Below are positions 19,670 to 29,830 of a stretch of 64,000 nt of DNA, in pieces. The position numbers and the translations under genes are program-made. Under the pieces are notes generated by a model, which did no database searches, was not told where the DNA came from, and saw only the letters and a program-made list of their open reading frames with translations. Every line of letters starts with the position of its first letter. Within the stretch, counting starts at the first letter, position 1. The DNA comes from Obrimoposthia wandeli (taxonomy: Eukaryota), in the NCBI GenBank assembly GCA_977020255.1, contig CDROCS010003444.1, forward strand, positions 62,001 through 126,000. The letters are read 5' to 3'.

Positions 19670-20371
19670 TTATTGATACACAACCCATTGATTTTTATTT
19701 AACCACCAAGTGTCACCTGAACGCTGATCAATACGGGAGGCTACATAACCTTTTCTATCTTGATCTGCTCTTATCAAATGCACGTCATATTGTGATATGT
19801 CTAAATCACCAGTTTCCGAAAGCGCATTCCAGCCGCTCTTATCTGCTAACCAAGTTTCTCCTGATTGGCGATCAAAACGTATTAATACCCACTGCTTACT
19901 TGCGGTATAACTCGACACGATTCCAAAAGCGCCTTCAGGTGATGGCGCTATCGTTTCAAGCTTAGTTAAAATACTATTCAAAGAGCCTGAATTATTTGCA
20001 GCAGGTTGTTTTTGCGAACTTTGTACAGCACTGCCCGATACAGATTGAGAGGTAGCCGTTTGCACTTGTGAATTAGCGAGTATTAATTGGTTCATTTTCA
20101 ACATAGCAGCAGAATCACTACTCAGTTTAATCACTTGTTCTTGCAGTGCAGTCAGTTGTGCTTGAATGATAGAAATATTATCAGGTGCTGCTATTTGGTT
20201 ATTAGACGGCGCTTCGACTTTAGCAATCAATGGTTTCTGCTTAACTCCTGCATCAGATAGCTGCTCAACTGTTTCTTTAGCATCTGCTGCGGGTGCTTTT
20301 TGCTCGACTGCGGTACAAGCAATCACAGAAGCTGACACTAAACATATCGTTAAAGATTTAAATATCCTCAC
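19670..20371 (-). CDS. hypothetical lipoprotein
   Basis: Signal peptide ending VIA-C, a low-complexity linker, a coiled coil and a duplicated C-terminal R-x-D-x-x-SG-x-TW motif. Confidence 0.75.
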   Translation of the reverse strand: MRIFKSLTICLVSASVIACTAVEQKAPAADAKETVEQLSDAGVKQKPLIAKVEAPSNNQIAAPDNISIIQAQLTALQEQVIKLSSDSAAMLKMNQLILANSQVQTATSQSVSGSAVQSSQKQPAANNSGSLNSILTKLETIAPSPEGAFGIVSSYTASKQWVLIRFDRQSGETWLADKSGWNALSETGDLDISQYDVHLIRADQDRKGYVASRIDQRSGDTWWLNKNQWVVYQ

Positions 20372-20756
20372 TTCATACCCTCTATTAAATTATAATTTTC
20401 AAATTGTACTATAAGCGCAGCTATGCGAACACCAAAAACACTGGGCCTATGCATGTACCACTTTCGATGTGTTATTCAAAATTCATATTGATTTACTAGG
20501 TAAATTAATTATCAGAATAATTTATGGTTTTTCTGTTTGCACTACTCATACTTCTTCAATGGTTTTTTAAAGCACCGACAGCTAGAGCGAAACCCTGCTA
20601 AACAATTTTAGCGAGAATTTTCAATTTATGGCATTCATTTAATAGTTTCTATAGAGGCAACAAACTTTCCTACTTTTTGACGAATGAGCGGTATATTATT
20701 TTTTCTCCCTGTTATACTGCTTTTTTTGTAAAATTCAGCTTGGGAATGCCCTTTTT

Positions 20757-21899
20757 ATGTTTCATGGAATTAAAGATTCTATTAACGAACAGCACAACTA
20801 TTTAACATCAATTAAAGTAACCATTGTCGCTTGTTCTATATTGTTAACCGCTTGTGCATCTAAACCTGGCATCTCTAGTGCTGTTAGCTGGGATACTTTA
20901 AAAGGCTGGAAAAACGATAACCATAGTGAATCTATCACTCCATTATTGGCGCAGTGTCCAAAATTAATAAAAAAAGCTCCTAAGTGGCAAGTAGTTTGTA
21001 GCAAAGCGCAAACAATAGAGCCTAACAATAACGTTAAAGCTAAACTATTTATACAAAGAAACTTCCAACCACACCGTGTAGTGGGTAATAAAAATAGCAC
21101 TACTGGTTTAATTACCGGCTACTTTGAACCTTTGTTAAAAGGAAGCTATACAAAAACAGCTCGCTTCAATTATCCACTATATAAAAAACCAAAAGACTTA
21201 CTGCGAGTTTCTAATGCCGATAACCTCTTAGAAGTAACAAATAACAAAGCAAGAGGGCGAAACCTATTGGGCAATATTATACCTTTCTATTCTCGAGCCC
21301 AAATTGATGGCCCCAAAGAACCATTAAAAGGCCAAGAATTGTTATGGGTCGATAATAGCGATGATGCATTTTTTCTACATATACAAGGGTCAGGATTAGT
21401 CGAACTTCCAAATGGTGAAATTATAGGCGTCGCTTACGCCGATCAAAACGGCCATCCTTATCGTGCTATCGGTAGAGATTTAGTTGAGTTGCAAGCCATT
21501 GCGAAAGAGGATATCTCTCTACAGTCGATTAAAACATGGTTAACAAATAATCCAGTTAAAGGCGTGGCGATCAAAAACAAAAACCCAAGCTATATCTTTT
21601 TTAATCTTAGAAAAGACGTGGAAAAAGGCCCTAGAGGGTCACTCAACGTACCTTTAACTGCACAGCGCTCTGTTGCAGTCGATCGACGTATTATCCCGCT
21701 AGGCAGCCCTATTTGGCTTAGCACTACCCTTCCCGGGACTGACAAACCTTATCGCAGGCTAGTATTTGCTCAAGATACTGGCGGTGCGATTAATGGCCCT
21801 ATAAGAGCAGACATTTTCTTTGGTCGTGGCCCTAGAGCGAAAGAGTTAGCGGGAACAATGAAGCAAACTGGCTCGATATTTGTCTTAAAAATTAAATAG
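20757..21899 (+). CDS. mltA: membrane-bound lytic murein transglycosylase A
   Basis: LLTAC lipobox, ITGYFEP, FFLHIQGSG, NPSYIFF, AVDRRIIPLG and AQDTGGAINGPIRADIFFG. Start position uncertain. Confidence 0.93.
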   Translation: MFHGIKDSINEQHNYLTSIKVTIVACSILLTACASKPGISSAVSWDTLKGWKNDNHSESITPLLAQCPKLIKKAPKWQVVCSKAQTIEPNNNVKAKLFIQRNFQPHRVVGNKNSTTGLITGYFEPLLKGSYTKTARFNYPLYKKPKDLLRVSNADNLLEVTNNKARGRNLLGNIIPFYSRAQIDGPKEPLKGQELLWVDNSDDAFFLHIQGSGLVELPNGEIIGVAYADQNGHPYRAIGRDLVELQAIAKEDISLQSIKTWLTNNPVKGVAIKNKNPSYIFFNLRKDVEKGPRGSLNVPLTAQRSVAVDRRIIPLGSPIWLSTTLPGTDKPYRRLVFAQDTGGAINGPIRADIFFGRGPRAKELAGTMKQTGSIFVLKIK

Positions 21900-21900
21900 A

Positions 21901-21931
21901 AGCAACCTGACCTTTTAATTCGCAGGTTGCT
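21901..21931 (+). terminator. hairpin after mltA
   Basis: agcaacctg...caggttgct 9-bp stem followed by attt. Confidence 0.55.
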
Positions 21932-22408
21932 ATTTGAGATTAACAGGCTATATGTACTTACTTTAAATTTTATACTGTAGTAGATAGCTGTTGTCATATA
22001 GCGCTTTCTATATTTAATTTAGCCCAATTTGTTTTTATAAATACACGTCATGCAAACACTTAGTTTTTAAACTAAACTTGTTTACAAGAGTACTTTTTGA
22101 AAATAACATCTTTATAAATATGGTCTGTGATTACTTAGTTACAGCCACCTTACAATGGCCTTCTAAATTTAAAAGTTGGCACTGATAAAGCCTTCTAGCA
22201 CCGAGAAATATTTTTAAAAAAATGTTTGTTCGCAATGAAATAAGCCTAGTGGAAACTCAACTCAAAACTGCATTATTGATTGACGTATGTTGAGCCTGTA
22301 ACGAATTGACTGTTATGTTAACTCGAAACTCCTCATTGAACGGACAGTAAAAACGTATTAATACAAAAATTGATTATCATCGACTAATTACATTGCCCAC
22401 ACTATTTA

Positions 22409-22999
22409 TTAGTCAACTAATTCGATCTCTAAGCTATTCAGCAACCTGACCGCTTCGTGTCGGCTAAACTTAGCTCCTTTAATGCGATTATTTTCAATTT
22501 CAATATCATAATTTAACGCTTCACTAAAGTCCGCTGCCGTTAAATTTGTACGGCTGAATAAACTTCCTGTGAAATCACTGTAACTAAAGTTGGCATGATT
22601 AAAATCCCCTTCCCTAAAATCGACTTCATAGCAACGACAATCCAATAGCTTTAAACGCTGTAACGTTAAACCATAAAAGCTACTGTCGTTTAGCACGCAG
22701 CTATCAAAGCTAACGAGGGAGTCAAGTGCCACGCTTGGCCAACTTACCAGCGTCCAATCAATGCCTAAAAGCTTACATTCTTTGAAGCTTGTCTCTTGTA
22801 AGCGAGTTCCTTTAAACCGAACTAAACTTAAATTGCAGTTCACAAAATCACATTCTAAAAACTGGCAATTATTGAAATTAGCCTCACTAAAATCACAGCT
22901 TTCAAAACGACAATCCTCAAAGGTTAGCTCATTAAAACTGTTACTCAATGCGTTGGTTTTTTTAAACTGTTGTGCGTAATAATCGTTTTGTGCAAACAC
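22409..22999 (-). CDS. pentapeptide repeat protein
   Basis: Regular (S/A/C)-(D/N)-(F/L)-x-x repeats along the whole length (CDFSEANFNNCQFLECDFVNCNLS...ANFSYSDFTGSLFSRTNLTAADFS). Confidence 0.9.
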   Translation of the reverse strand: MFAQNDYYAQQFKKTNALSNSFNELTFEDCRFESCDFSEANFNNCQFLECDFVNCNLSLVRFKGTRLQETSFKECKLLGIDWTLVSWPSVALDSLVSFDSCVLNDSSFYGLTLQRLKLLDCRCYEVDFREGDFNHANFSYSDFTGSLFSRTNLTAADFSEALNYDIEIENNRIKGAKFSRHEAVRLLNSLEIELVD

Positions 23000-23072
23000 T
23001 AATTTTCACTCCTAATAAATTTGATATCAAACGTTCGGATTACTGGAAAGTCATTGAATAACTATTTATGAA

Positions 23073-23477
23073 CTACCTATTAAAAATTACTGGCAATTTT
23101 TGTTGATGCCACTGCACTATCCCGCCTTGCATGTTATAAACTTTTTCAAACCCTAGCTGCTGCATAAGCTGCAACGTTTTTGCACTGCGCACACCACTGT
23201 GACAATATAGTAAATAGCGCTTACTTTTATCTAATTTGCCTATATCACTGGCAAATGAAGGAGCATAAAAATCAATTCTCTGTGCTCCATCAATATGCGC
23301 TTGTAAATACTCCCGCTCAGTTCTGACATCCAGCAAAGTAATACTGTCATTTTCTGATTGCTGATCCAAAAAAGACTTTGCTGACTCTACGGGGATGTTT
23401 CCATAGCGATCTTGCGCTGAAACAAGTGACGTCACGGAAAGCAACACACTAAATACACATATTTTAAAAACTTTCAT
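23073..23477 (-). CDS. exported rhodanese-like domain protein
   Basis: Signal peptide, LLDVRTEREY, HIDGA, YCHSGVRS and YNMQGGI. Confidence 0.9.
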   Translation of the reverse strand: MKVFKICVFSVLLSVTSLVSAQDRYGNIPVESAKSFLDQQSENDSITLLDVRTEREYLQAHIDGAQRIDFYAPSFASDIGKLDKSKRYLLYCHSGVRSAKTLQLMQQLGFEKVYNMQGGIVQWHQQKLPVIFNR

Positions 23478-23759
23478 TGTCCTTCCTTCACCGTTATTGA
23501 ATCAAATTTGCACCGTTAGGCTTTAATTAGTTTATTTCATGTACTGCATATCAGTACAATTATAATAACCGCAACCTATACATTTAATTACTCTTGCTAG
23601 TTTATATTCACCGACTTATAGCCTCAAACTAAAATATGAGTTAATGATATATTTTTAAAAAATTTTTCAAATAGGCTAACGCTAAACTTCTTGTTAAATG
23701 ATTATAACTATCTAGAAGCAATAGAAAATACTACAATGTAAACCCTTTAATACTTACTT

Positions 23760-24779
23760 TTGTCACCTAACTTTATGCCTAGTTCAAAAACTCTGTTGCT
23801 CAAACAAAACTTACATCCTAGTAACATACATAATACCGGGTATGACTTCGCGAAATTATTAGCTGCACACGCGGATTTAAAGCCATTTTTAATCGAGAAA
23901 GAGCCTCGTGATACTCGTATTACTGCAGCTGATAAGCACTCAACCACTTTAAATTTTGCAGATCCCAATGCTGTTATCGCTCTAAACACTGCACTTTTAA
24001 AAACTTATTATCGTATAAAACATTGGCAATTACCTGCAGGATACCTTTGTCCGCCTATCCCTGGTAGAGTCGATTATATTCATTATTTGGCGGATTTATT
24101 GAATGCTGCGAATCAGCATCAAGAGATTGACCATACTAAGATCACTGCGCTAGATATTGGTACTGGGGCAAGTTGCATTTACCCTATTTTAGGCCAGCGT
24201 TGCTATCAATGGCAGTTCATTGCTAGTGATATTGACCCTGTTTCAGTTGCCTGTGCGCAGCAACTATTAACAGCTAACCAAGGTTTAGCTAAAAAAATTA
24301 GTATTCGGCTGCAGCCTGATGCCAAGCAGTTTTTTAGTAGTATTATTGATAGACAGCAAAAAATAGACATCACTTTATGTAACCCGCCTTTTCATGCTTC
24401 TTTAGCCCAAGCGTTGGCAGGAAATAAGCGAAAAAGAGATAATTTAGCCAATAACCGCTCTGTAAACGCAGCAGCCAAATCCACTAAGAATACCTTAAAT
24501 TTTGGCGGGCAAAAAGCAGAACTCTTTTGTGATGGCGGTGAGTTAGCTTTTATAAAAGGCATGATTGATGAAAGCACCCTTTTTAAACAGCAAGTTTTAT
24601 ATTTCACTTGTCTTGTCTCTAAAAGCCTTCATTTAAAACAATTAAAAAAGCAATTATCTGTAGTTAAAGCAGTTGATGTACAAGTTATAAAAATGACACA
24701 AGGACAAAAAACTAGCCATTTTATTGCCTGGTCGTTTTTGAGTAATGAACAACAGGCTCAATGGTTCGCCAATAAGTAA
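23760..24779 (+). CDS. rlmF: 23S rRNA m6A1618 methyltransferase
   Basis: YLCPPIPGRVDYIH, LDIGTGASCIYP, CNPPFH, LNFGGQ and MTQGQK motifs. Confidence 0.95.
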   Translation: MSPNFMPSSKTLLLKQNLHPSNIHNTGYDFAKLLAAHADLKPFLIEKEPRDTRITAADKHSTTLNFADPNAVIALNTALLKTYYRIKHWQLPAGYLCPPIPGRVDYIHYLADLLNAANQHQEIDHTKITALDIGTGASCIYPILGQRCYQWQFIASDIDPVSVACAQQLLTANQGLAKKISIRLQPDAKQFFSSIIDRQQKIDITLCNPPFHASLAQALAGNKRKRDNLANNRSVNAAAKSTKNTLNFGGQKAELFCDGGELAFIKGMIDESTLFKQQVLYFTCLVSKSLHLKQLKKQLSVVKAVDVQVIKMTQGQKTSHFIAWSFLSNEQQAQWFANK

Positions 24780-24865
24780 ACATTGCGTTAGTTTGCAATA
24801 GAATAATTTATGAAAACCAATTTTAATGAATAAACTCTATTTTTAAATATTAGGAGGTAATTTAA

Positions 24866-26098
24866 ATGACTATCGATGCAGGTATAGGCGGAAGCGATGC
24901 TACGACTGAATTAGCAAAACTTGAGAATCAATGTGCAGACATCGCCACTATAGATACAGCAGAGTTTAAGTTGCGCATTGTAAAGGCGCAACAATTAATG
25001 CGAGAAAATAACATTGCTGCAATGTATCTAAATGCAGGCACTAATTTATTTTATTTTACTGGAATGCGCTGGAATAGTAGTGAACGTATGGTTGGTGCTA
25101 TTTTGCCAGCGCATGGAGAGTTGGTTTTTATCGCTCCGCATTTTGAAAAAGGCACCTTATTACAGTTCATGAACGTTGCCGGTGAAATAGTAACCTGGCA
25201 AGAGCACGAAAGCCCTTATGCTCTGTTTTGCCAAACTCTCACAAGCATGGGTATCACTGAAGGTAATATAGGCGTTGATGAATCGACCCCTTTCTTTATT
25301 AGTAACGGCATTGATAGCATCAAGAGCATCGATAACAATTTCACATTAGTGAGCGCCAAAATTATTACAGCAGGCTGCAGAGCTACCAAGTCCACTGCTG
25401 AGTTAGCACTCATGCAAAAAGCCAAAGATATCACTTTAATCGTGCAAAAAGCCGCTGCACGCATTTTATATGAAGGCATTACAACCAAAGAAGTGAGTGA
25501 CTTTATTCACGCTGCTCACTGCAAGTTAGGCGCCGTTAAAGGTTCTTACTTTTGTATTGTGCTGTTTGGCAAAGACTCCTCTTTCCCCCATGGCGTCAAA
25601 ATCAGCAATCCGCTAAAAAATAACGATATGGTGTTAATCGATACAGGCTGCACCATAGGCGATTACATTTCAGATATAACCCGCAGTTATGTTTTTGGTA
25701 AGCCTTCAGACATACAAAGAAAATCATGGAATATAGAGAAAGTAGCACAACAAGCTGCTTTTGATGCAGCTGTGATTGGCGAGCCTTGTGCAAATATCGA
25801 CATAGCCGCTAGAGAATATATAGCATCGCAAGGGATGGGACCTGACTACCAAACACCAGGTTGTCCTCACCGTACAGGCCATGGCATAGGATTAGACATT
25901 CATGAATGGCCTTATCTAAATAGAGCTGAAACCACCCTTTTAGCCGCTGGCATGTGCTTTTCTAACGAACCTATGCTGGTAATACCCGATCAGTTTGGCG
26001 TGCGTTTAGAAGATCATTTCTATATGACAGAACATGGTCCTGTGTGGTTTACGACACCGTCACAATCTATTGATAACCCTTTTAATTATCAAGCTTAA
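24866..26098 (+). CDS. M24-family Xaa-Pro peptidase
   Basis: Creatinase-like N-domain, SFPHG, IDTGC, YISDITR, HRTGHGIGLDIHE, SNEP and GVRLED. Confidence 0.92.
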   Translation: MTIDAGIGGSDATTELAKLENQCADIATIDTAEFKLRIVKAQQLMRENNIAAMYLNAGTNLFYFTGMRWNSSERMVGAILPAHGELVFIAPHFEKGTLLQFMNVAGEIVTWQEHESPYALFCQTLTSMGITEGNIGVDESTPFFISNGIDSIKSIDNNFTLVSAKIITAGCRATKSTAELALMQKAKDITLIVQKAAARILYEGITTKEVSDFIHAAHCKLGAVKGSYFCIVLFGKDSSFPHGVKISNPLKNNDMVLIDTGCTIGDYISDITRSYVFGKPSDIQRKSWNIEKVAQQAAFDAAVIGEPCANIDIAAREYIASQGMGPDYQTPGCPHRTGHGIGLDIHEWPYLNRAETTLLAAGMCFSNEPMLVIPDQFGVRLEDHFYMTEHGPVWFTTPSQSIDNPFNYQA

Positions 26099-26132
26099 TT
26101 CTTTAATTTATTATTAGATCAAACGCTGCATT

Positions 26133-26175
26133 TGCTAATCATAATTGTTAATCTTACAAACAATTATGATTAGCA
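26133..26175. repeat. perfect 17-bp inverted repeat between convergent genes
   Basis: tgctaatcataattgtt - 9 nt - aacaattatgattagca. Confidence 0.8.
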
Positions 26176-26346
26176 TAAATTACTCGTTTCAGATGGGATT
26201 TACCGCTCATTTTTAACGGTGCTTTTTATTACCCTATTAAATGCGCTACTTACTGCAACAATAGGTACACTATTTACGCCCCCCTAAAAATGTACCAGCG
26301 CTTTAATTACAGGCGCATTTTACAGTTTAATACTGTATATTTTTCA

Positions 26347-26619
26347 TTAATTGCTGTCATGGAGATTAGATACAATATCGAGGATGGATTCTCTATCGAT
26401 CTGTTTAACATTTAATACTAATATTAATTGAATGAATAAATCGGCACCCATAATCCCTCGATTTATTTTATTCCTTAGATTTGCACTGGTTTGTACAGTT
26501 CCAAGTTCAAGCAAAGATTGGCTCAGATCTTCATATCTAATTTTACGCTTTGACATTTCGGATTTAATGATCCGACTAATCAATTCTCTATAGTCAACAT
26601 CTGAGGATGGATCGGTCAT
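26347..26619 (-). CDS. DUF6471-like small putative HTH protein
   Basis: IKSEMSKRKIRYEDLSQSL...QTSANLRNKINRGIMGADLFIQLI resembles DUF6471 (recognised from memory). Likely ATG at 26619, after an AAAGGTG RBS. Confidence 0.7.
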   Translation of the reverse strand: MTDPSSDVDYRELISRIIKSEMSKRKIRYEDLSQSLLELGTVQTSANLRNKINRGIMGADLFIQLILVLNVKQIDRESILDIVSNLHDSN

Positions 26620-26835
26620 AAAATGTGCACCTTTAATGTAGATAGTAGTGATAGGAAATGCTTCAAACATTACCATTAAGTTATCATTATCATAAAATGT
26701 AACTTATACTTTACAAAAAACTAAAATAAATTACAAAAATGAGTTATTTTTACTTTACAGATCGTATAAATTATATAATATAAGCTAAATCAACGCACGT
26801 CGAGTGTAATGATTAAATTTTTAGGAGATGCACAC

Positions 26836-27225
26836 ATGACTTGGGACCTTTCAACAATCGAAACGTCACTATCACAACAAAACCAATGGGTAGTTCACAG
26901 TGAAAATGACTGTCTATTTATTACCAACGAAGATGGGCTCGATGCTTATATTGCGGTAAGTGGTGCGCAGATTGTTGTCGAATCAATTTTATTTGCCGCC
27001 GCGACGGTCAGCGATACCACCGCGCTCAATGAGCACATTCTAAAGACTCACCAAGTTTTTCCTTTAACCACTATCGGTATTACCAGTGTTGAAGGTGATG
27101 ATTATTATATGGCATTTGGTGCTCTGTCATCGCAATCTAAAGAAGAGAGCCTCATTATTGAGGTGGAAACTTTATTTGATAATGTTGCAGCTTTCTTAGA
27201 TGCCTATGAAGATTATTTAAAGTAA
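26836..27225 (+). CDS. yjfI: DUF2170 / YjfI family protein
   Basis: QIVVESILF, ILKTHQVFPLTTIGI and YYMAFGALS. First gene of the yjf-like operon, with an AGGAG RBS before ATG 26836. Confidence 0.85.
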   Translation: MTWDLSTIETSLSQQNQWVVHSENDCLFITNEDGLDAYIAVSGAQIVVESILFAAATVSDTTALNEHILKTHQVFPLTTIGITSVEGDDYYMAFGALSSQSKEESLIIEVETLFDNVAAFLDAYEDYLK

Positions 27226-27238
27226 GAGGAATCAGTAA

Positions 27239-27925
27239 ATGAGTGTATGGAAAAGATTATTAAGCGCTGTTAAAGGCGGAGTAAACGAAGCAGCTGAATC
27301 CGTAGCCGACAATCAAGCTCTACGTATTTTGGATCAAGAAATACGTGAAGCTAAAGAAGAGTTAAGAAGCTCTGATCACGCCCTCACACAAATTATGGCA
27401 AAACGTAAACTAGCACAAAAAAAAGTGGCTAGCTTTCAACAGTCTGTCAGTGAATATGAAGGGCATGCAGGTGCTGCAAGTGAAAAAGGAGATCAAGCAT
27501 TAGCGTTAGACTGCGCTCGCAAAGTCGTTGATTTAAGAGCGCAGATGGATTCAGAGCAACAATATGTTGATCAGTTCACTAATTCTGAAACAACTTTACG
27601 CGCGAACATCAGTCAGGCAAAAAACAATTTGCGCCGTATGGAACAGCAAGTTGACATGGTGAAAGCCACTGAATCCGTACAAAAAGCACAAGCCGCTGTA
27701 TCATCTAGGCACTTAGGTGCTAACGGTAAAATGAAAACGGCCGCTGAATCTTTAACGCGTATTCAAGATCGCCAAAATCAGCGCCAAGCTGAAATGGAAG
27801 CGGCCTCTGAATTAGCGGCTGATGAATCAGGAGACGAACTAGAAAAACGCTTACAAGGTGCTGGTATTACTGGAGGTAATACTTCTGCTGATGATGAGCT
27901 AGCTAGGATACTTGGTAAAAAATAA
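27239..27925 (+). CDS. yjfJ: PspA/IM30 family protein (YjfJ-type paralogue)
   Basis: Amphipathic N-helix (MSVWKRLLSAVKGG), RILDQEIREA, a long coiled coil and a C-terminal DELARI. Confidence 0.9.
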   Translation: MSVWKRLLSAVKGGVNEAAESVADNQALRILDQEIREAKEELRSSDHALTQIMAKRKLAQKKVASFQQSVSEYEGHAGAASEKGDQALALDCARKVVDLRAQMDSEQQYVDQFTNSETTLRANISQAKNNLRRMEQQVDMVKATESVQKAQAAVSSRHLGANGKMKTAAESLTRIQDRQNQRQAEMEAASELAADESGDELEKRLQGAGITGGNTSADDELARILGKK

Positions 27926-27928
27926 TTT

Positions 27929-28972
27929 ATGTTTCCTTTAAACAGTATCCGTAGGGTTCTAATTAAGTATTTCATAGATTTGCGATGGCATAGTATTTTT
28001 ATTGCCATCGCACTGTATTTTGCCGCAAGCTGGCTCATTTTAGCAGCTTGCGGTGAAACAGCTATTACCGAAGGTGCTACTTTTATTTACTGGATAATGG
28101 TAACAGCATCAACGGTGGGCTATGGAGATTTTTCTCCTGAAACGGTGCAAGGCAAGTATGCCACGGCTTTATTCGTCATCCCCTTTGGACTTAGTTTATT
28201 TGGTTTAGTGATTGGTCGCATCGCTACTTTTGTCTCGTATCAATGGCGAAAAGGAGTTAAAGGTTTGAAAGCACTGAATTATCAAAATCACATATTGATT
28301 ATAGGCTGGAATGGCAACCGGACTTTGCAATTAATACGGTTACTTTTGAAAGAGATTGAAGATAGTCATTCTGACCAAAAAATCGCGCTGTGCGTGAAAG
28401 CAGAAATAGAAAACCCGCTGCCTGATAAAATTGGCTTCGTTAAAACCACCAATTTTAGCAATAACGAAGAAATGCATCGCGCATCTGTTGCACAAGCTAG
28501 TTGCATTATCATCGATAATCCAGAAGACGATATTACCATGACCACCGCGTTGTATTGCAGCGGCCAAAATGCAAGTGCGCATACCATCGCCTATTTCAAA
28601 GATGAACACTTAGGGAGCTTGCTAAAAAGCCATTGCCCTAATATTGAATGCTTACCTTCTATTACTGTTGAAATGCTGGCTAAAGCCGCTATGGATCCAG
28701 GCTCTAGTGTACTGCATCAACAGTTATTAGATTCAAATAATGGCATGACGCAATACTCTATAACCTATCGCGCAACACAAGCGATTGAATTCGAAAAGCT
28801 ATTCCATGAATTTAAACACCAATACAACGCAACTTTAATCGGTGTTTCTATTGATAAACCAGATAACATTGAGCTCAACCCTGCATTAAATAAATCTATT
28901 ACACCTGGCTGTGTTTTGTTTTATATTGCTGAACAGCGTATCAAGCAGATTGAATGGCATGACATTACATAG
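27929..28972 (+). CDS. two-TM potassium channel with RCK (TrkA-N) domain
   Basis: TASTVGYGD selectivity filter, followed by the HILIIGWN RCK domain. Confidence 0.92.
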   Translation: MFPLNSIRRVLIKYFIDLRWHSIFIAIALYFAASWLILAACGETAITEGATFIYWIMVTASTVGYGDFSPETVQGKYATALFVIPFGLSLFGLVIGRIATFVSYQWRKGVKGLKALNYQNHILIIGWNGNRTLQLIRLLLKEIEDSHSDQKIALCVKAEIENPLPDKIGFVKTTNFSNNEEMHRASVAQASCIIIDNPEDDITMTTALYCSGQNASAHTIAYFKDEHLGSLLKSHCPNIECLPSITVEMLAKAAMDPGSSVLHQQLLDSNNGMTQYSITYRATQAIEFEKLFHEFKHQYNATLIGVSIDKPDNIELNPALNKSITPGCVLFYIAEQRIKQIEWHDIT

Positions 28973-28987
28973 CATGAGGAATGGTTA

Positions 28988-29641
28988 GTGTTTAAAAAAT
29001 GGTTCGCTAAAAAAGAAACAACTGAAATTAAAGATATTGCACCAGAAATAATGGGCTTAAGGATAGGGGGTGCCTTTGAGCTAGATAGCTTAAAGCTGCG
29101 CTTAATTGAACCTGATTTAATTATTGAGGGTGCCGCCACTACTCACTTAATTCAAGCCGTTGGCGTGGTTAAGTTAGACGACTCCAGCACTGTACTGCGC
29201 TATTACACTGATGATGATGCTTTTATACAAGTATTACTTGAAGGCGGCATGACTGAAAACCATATCAGTGACGTTAAACTTTGGTACTACTACGATACCC
29301 AAAGCATCAGCACCCAAAGCCAATGGGATAGCGTGCTAGAAAAATCTGTTAGCCAATTACAAATTCAGCTTGAAGGTCACCGCTTTGACCCTGTTTGGCA
29401 AAACGCCGCCGGTGAAACAGCAGCACCTGTCGCCATGACTGAAAAAACCTACACACAGCAAGACACTACCTCACAAACTGATCAATTTAGCATGTTATAT
29501 GAACGAGAAATTAAAACGGATTTCTTTGAGTATGTGATGTTCAGTGCTGAAGAAAAAATCATTGAGAACCGTGCTGATCGCTGTTTAGTTAAAACAACTG
29601 GCTTTGATTTACAGCCTGCTGACATCGAAATTATAGGCTAA
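28988..29641 (+). CDS. yjfK: DUF2491 / YjfK family protein
   Basis: MGLRIGGAFELD, IQAVGVVKLD, LRYYTDDDAFIQV and QFSMLYER, at the expected operon position. Confidence 0.85.
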   Translation: MFKKWFAKKETTEIKDIAPEIMGLRIGGAFELDSLKLRLIEPDLIIEGAATTHLIQAVGVVKLDDSSTVLRYYTDDDAFIQVLLEGGMTENHISDVKLWYYYDTQSISTQSQWDSVLEKSVSQLQIQLEGHRFDPVWQNAAGETAAPVAMTEKTYTQQDTTSQTDQFSMLYEREIKTDFFEYVMFSAEEKIIENRADRCLVKTTGFDLQPADIEIIG

Positions 29642-29830
29642 ATTTTTAACAATAAGCAGCAAGGTGGTGTAAAACTCAATCTACAGTTCATAACAACGCC
29701 CATGACTACTCTTTATGTGAAATGGAAGTGGTGCTTGTTTTTAATCATAAGATCACTTTACAACTTTTAGCTAAATACTTAAAATTAATACCTATTATTG
29801 AATATCGTTTTTATTACAGGAGTAACATTT

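Noticed and set aside
19642-19965. 107-aa ORF on the + strand
   Set aside because: Antisense to the lipoprotein gene, with no RBS or family features. The same applies to the other short overlapping ORFs in the track.
22370-22383. TTGAT-TATC-ATCGA near-FNR box
   Set aside because: One mismatch, located between convergent gene ends, with no suitably spaced -10.
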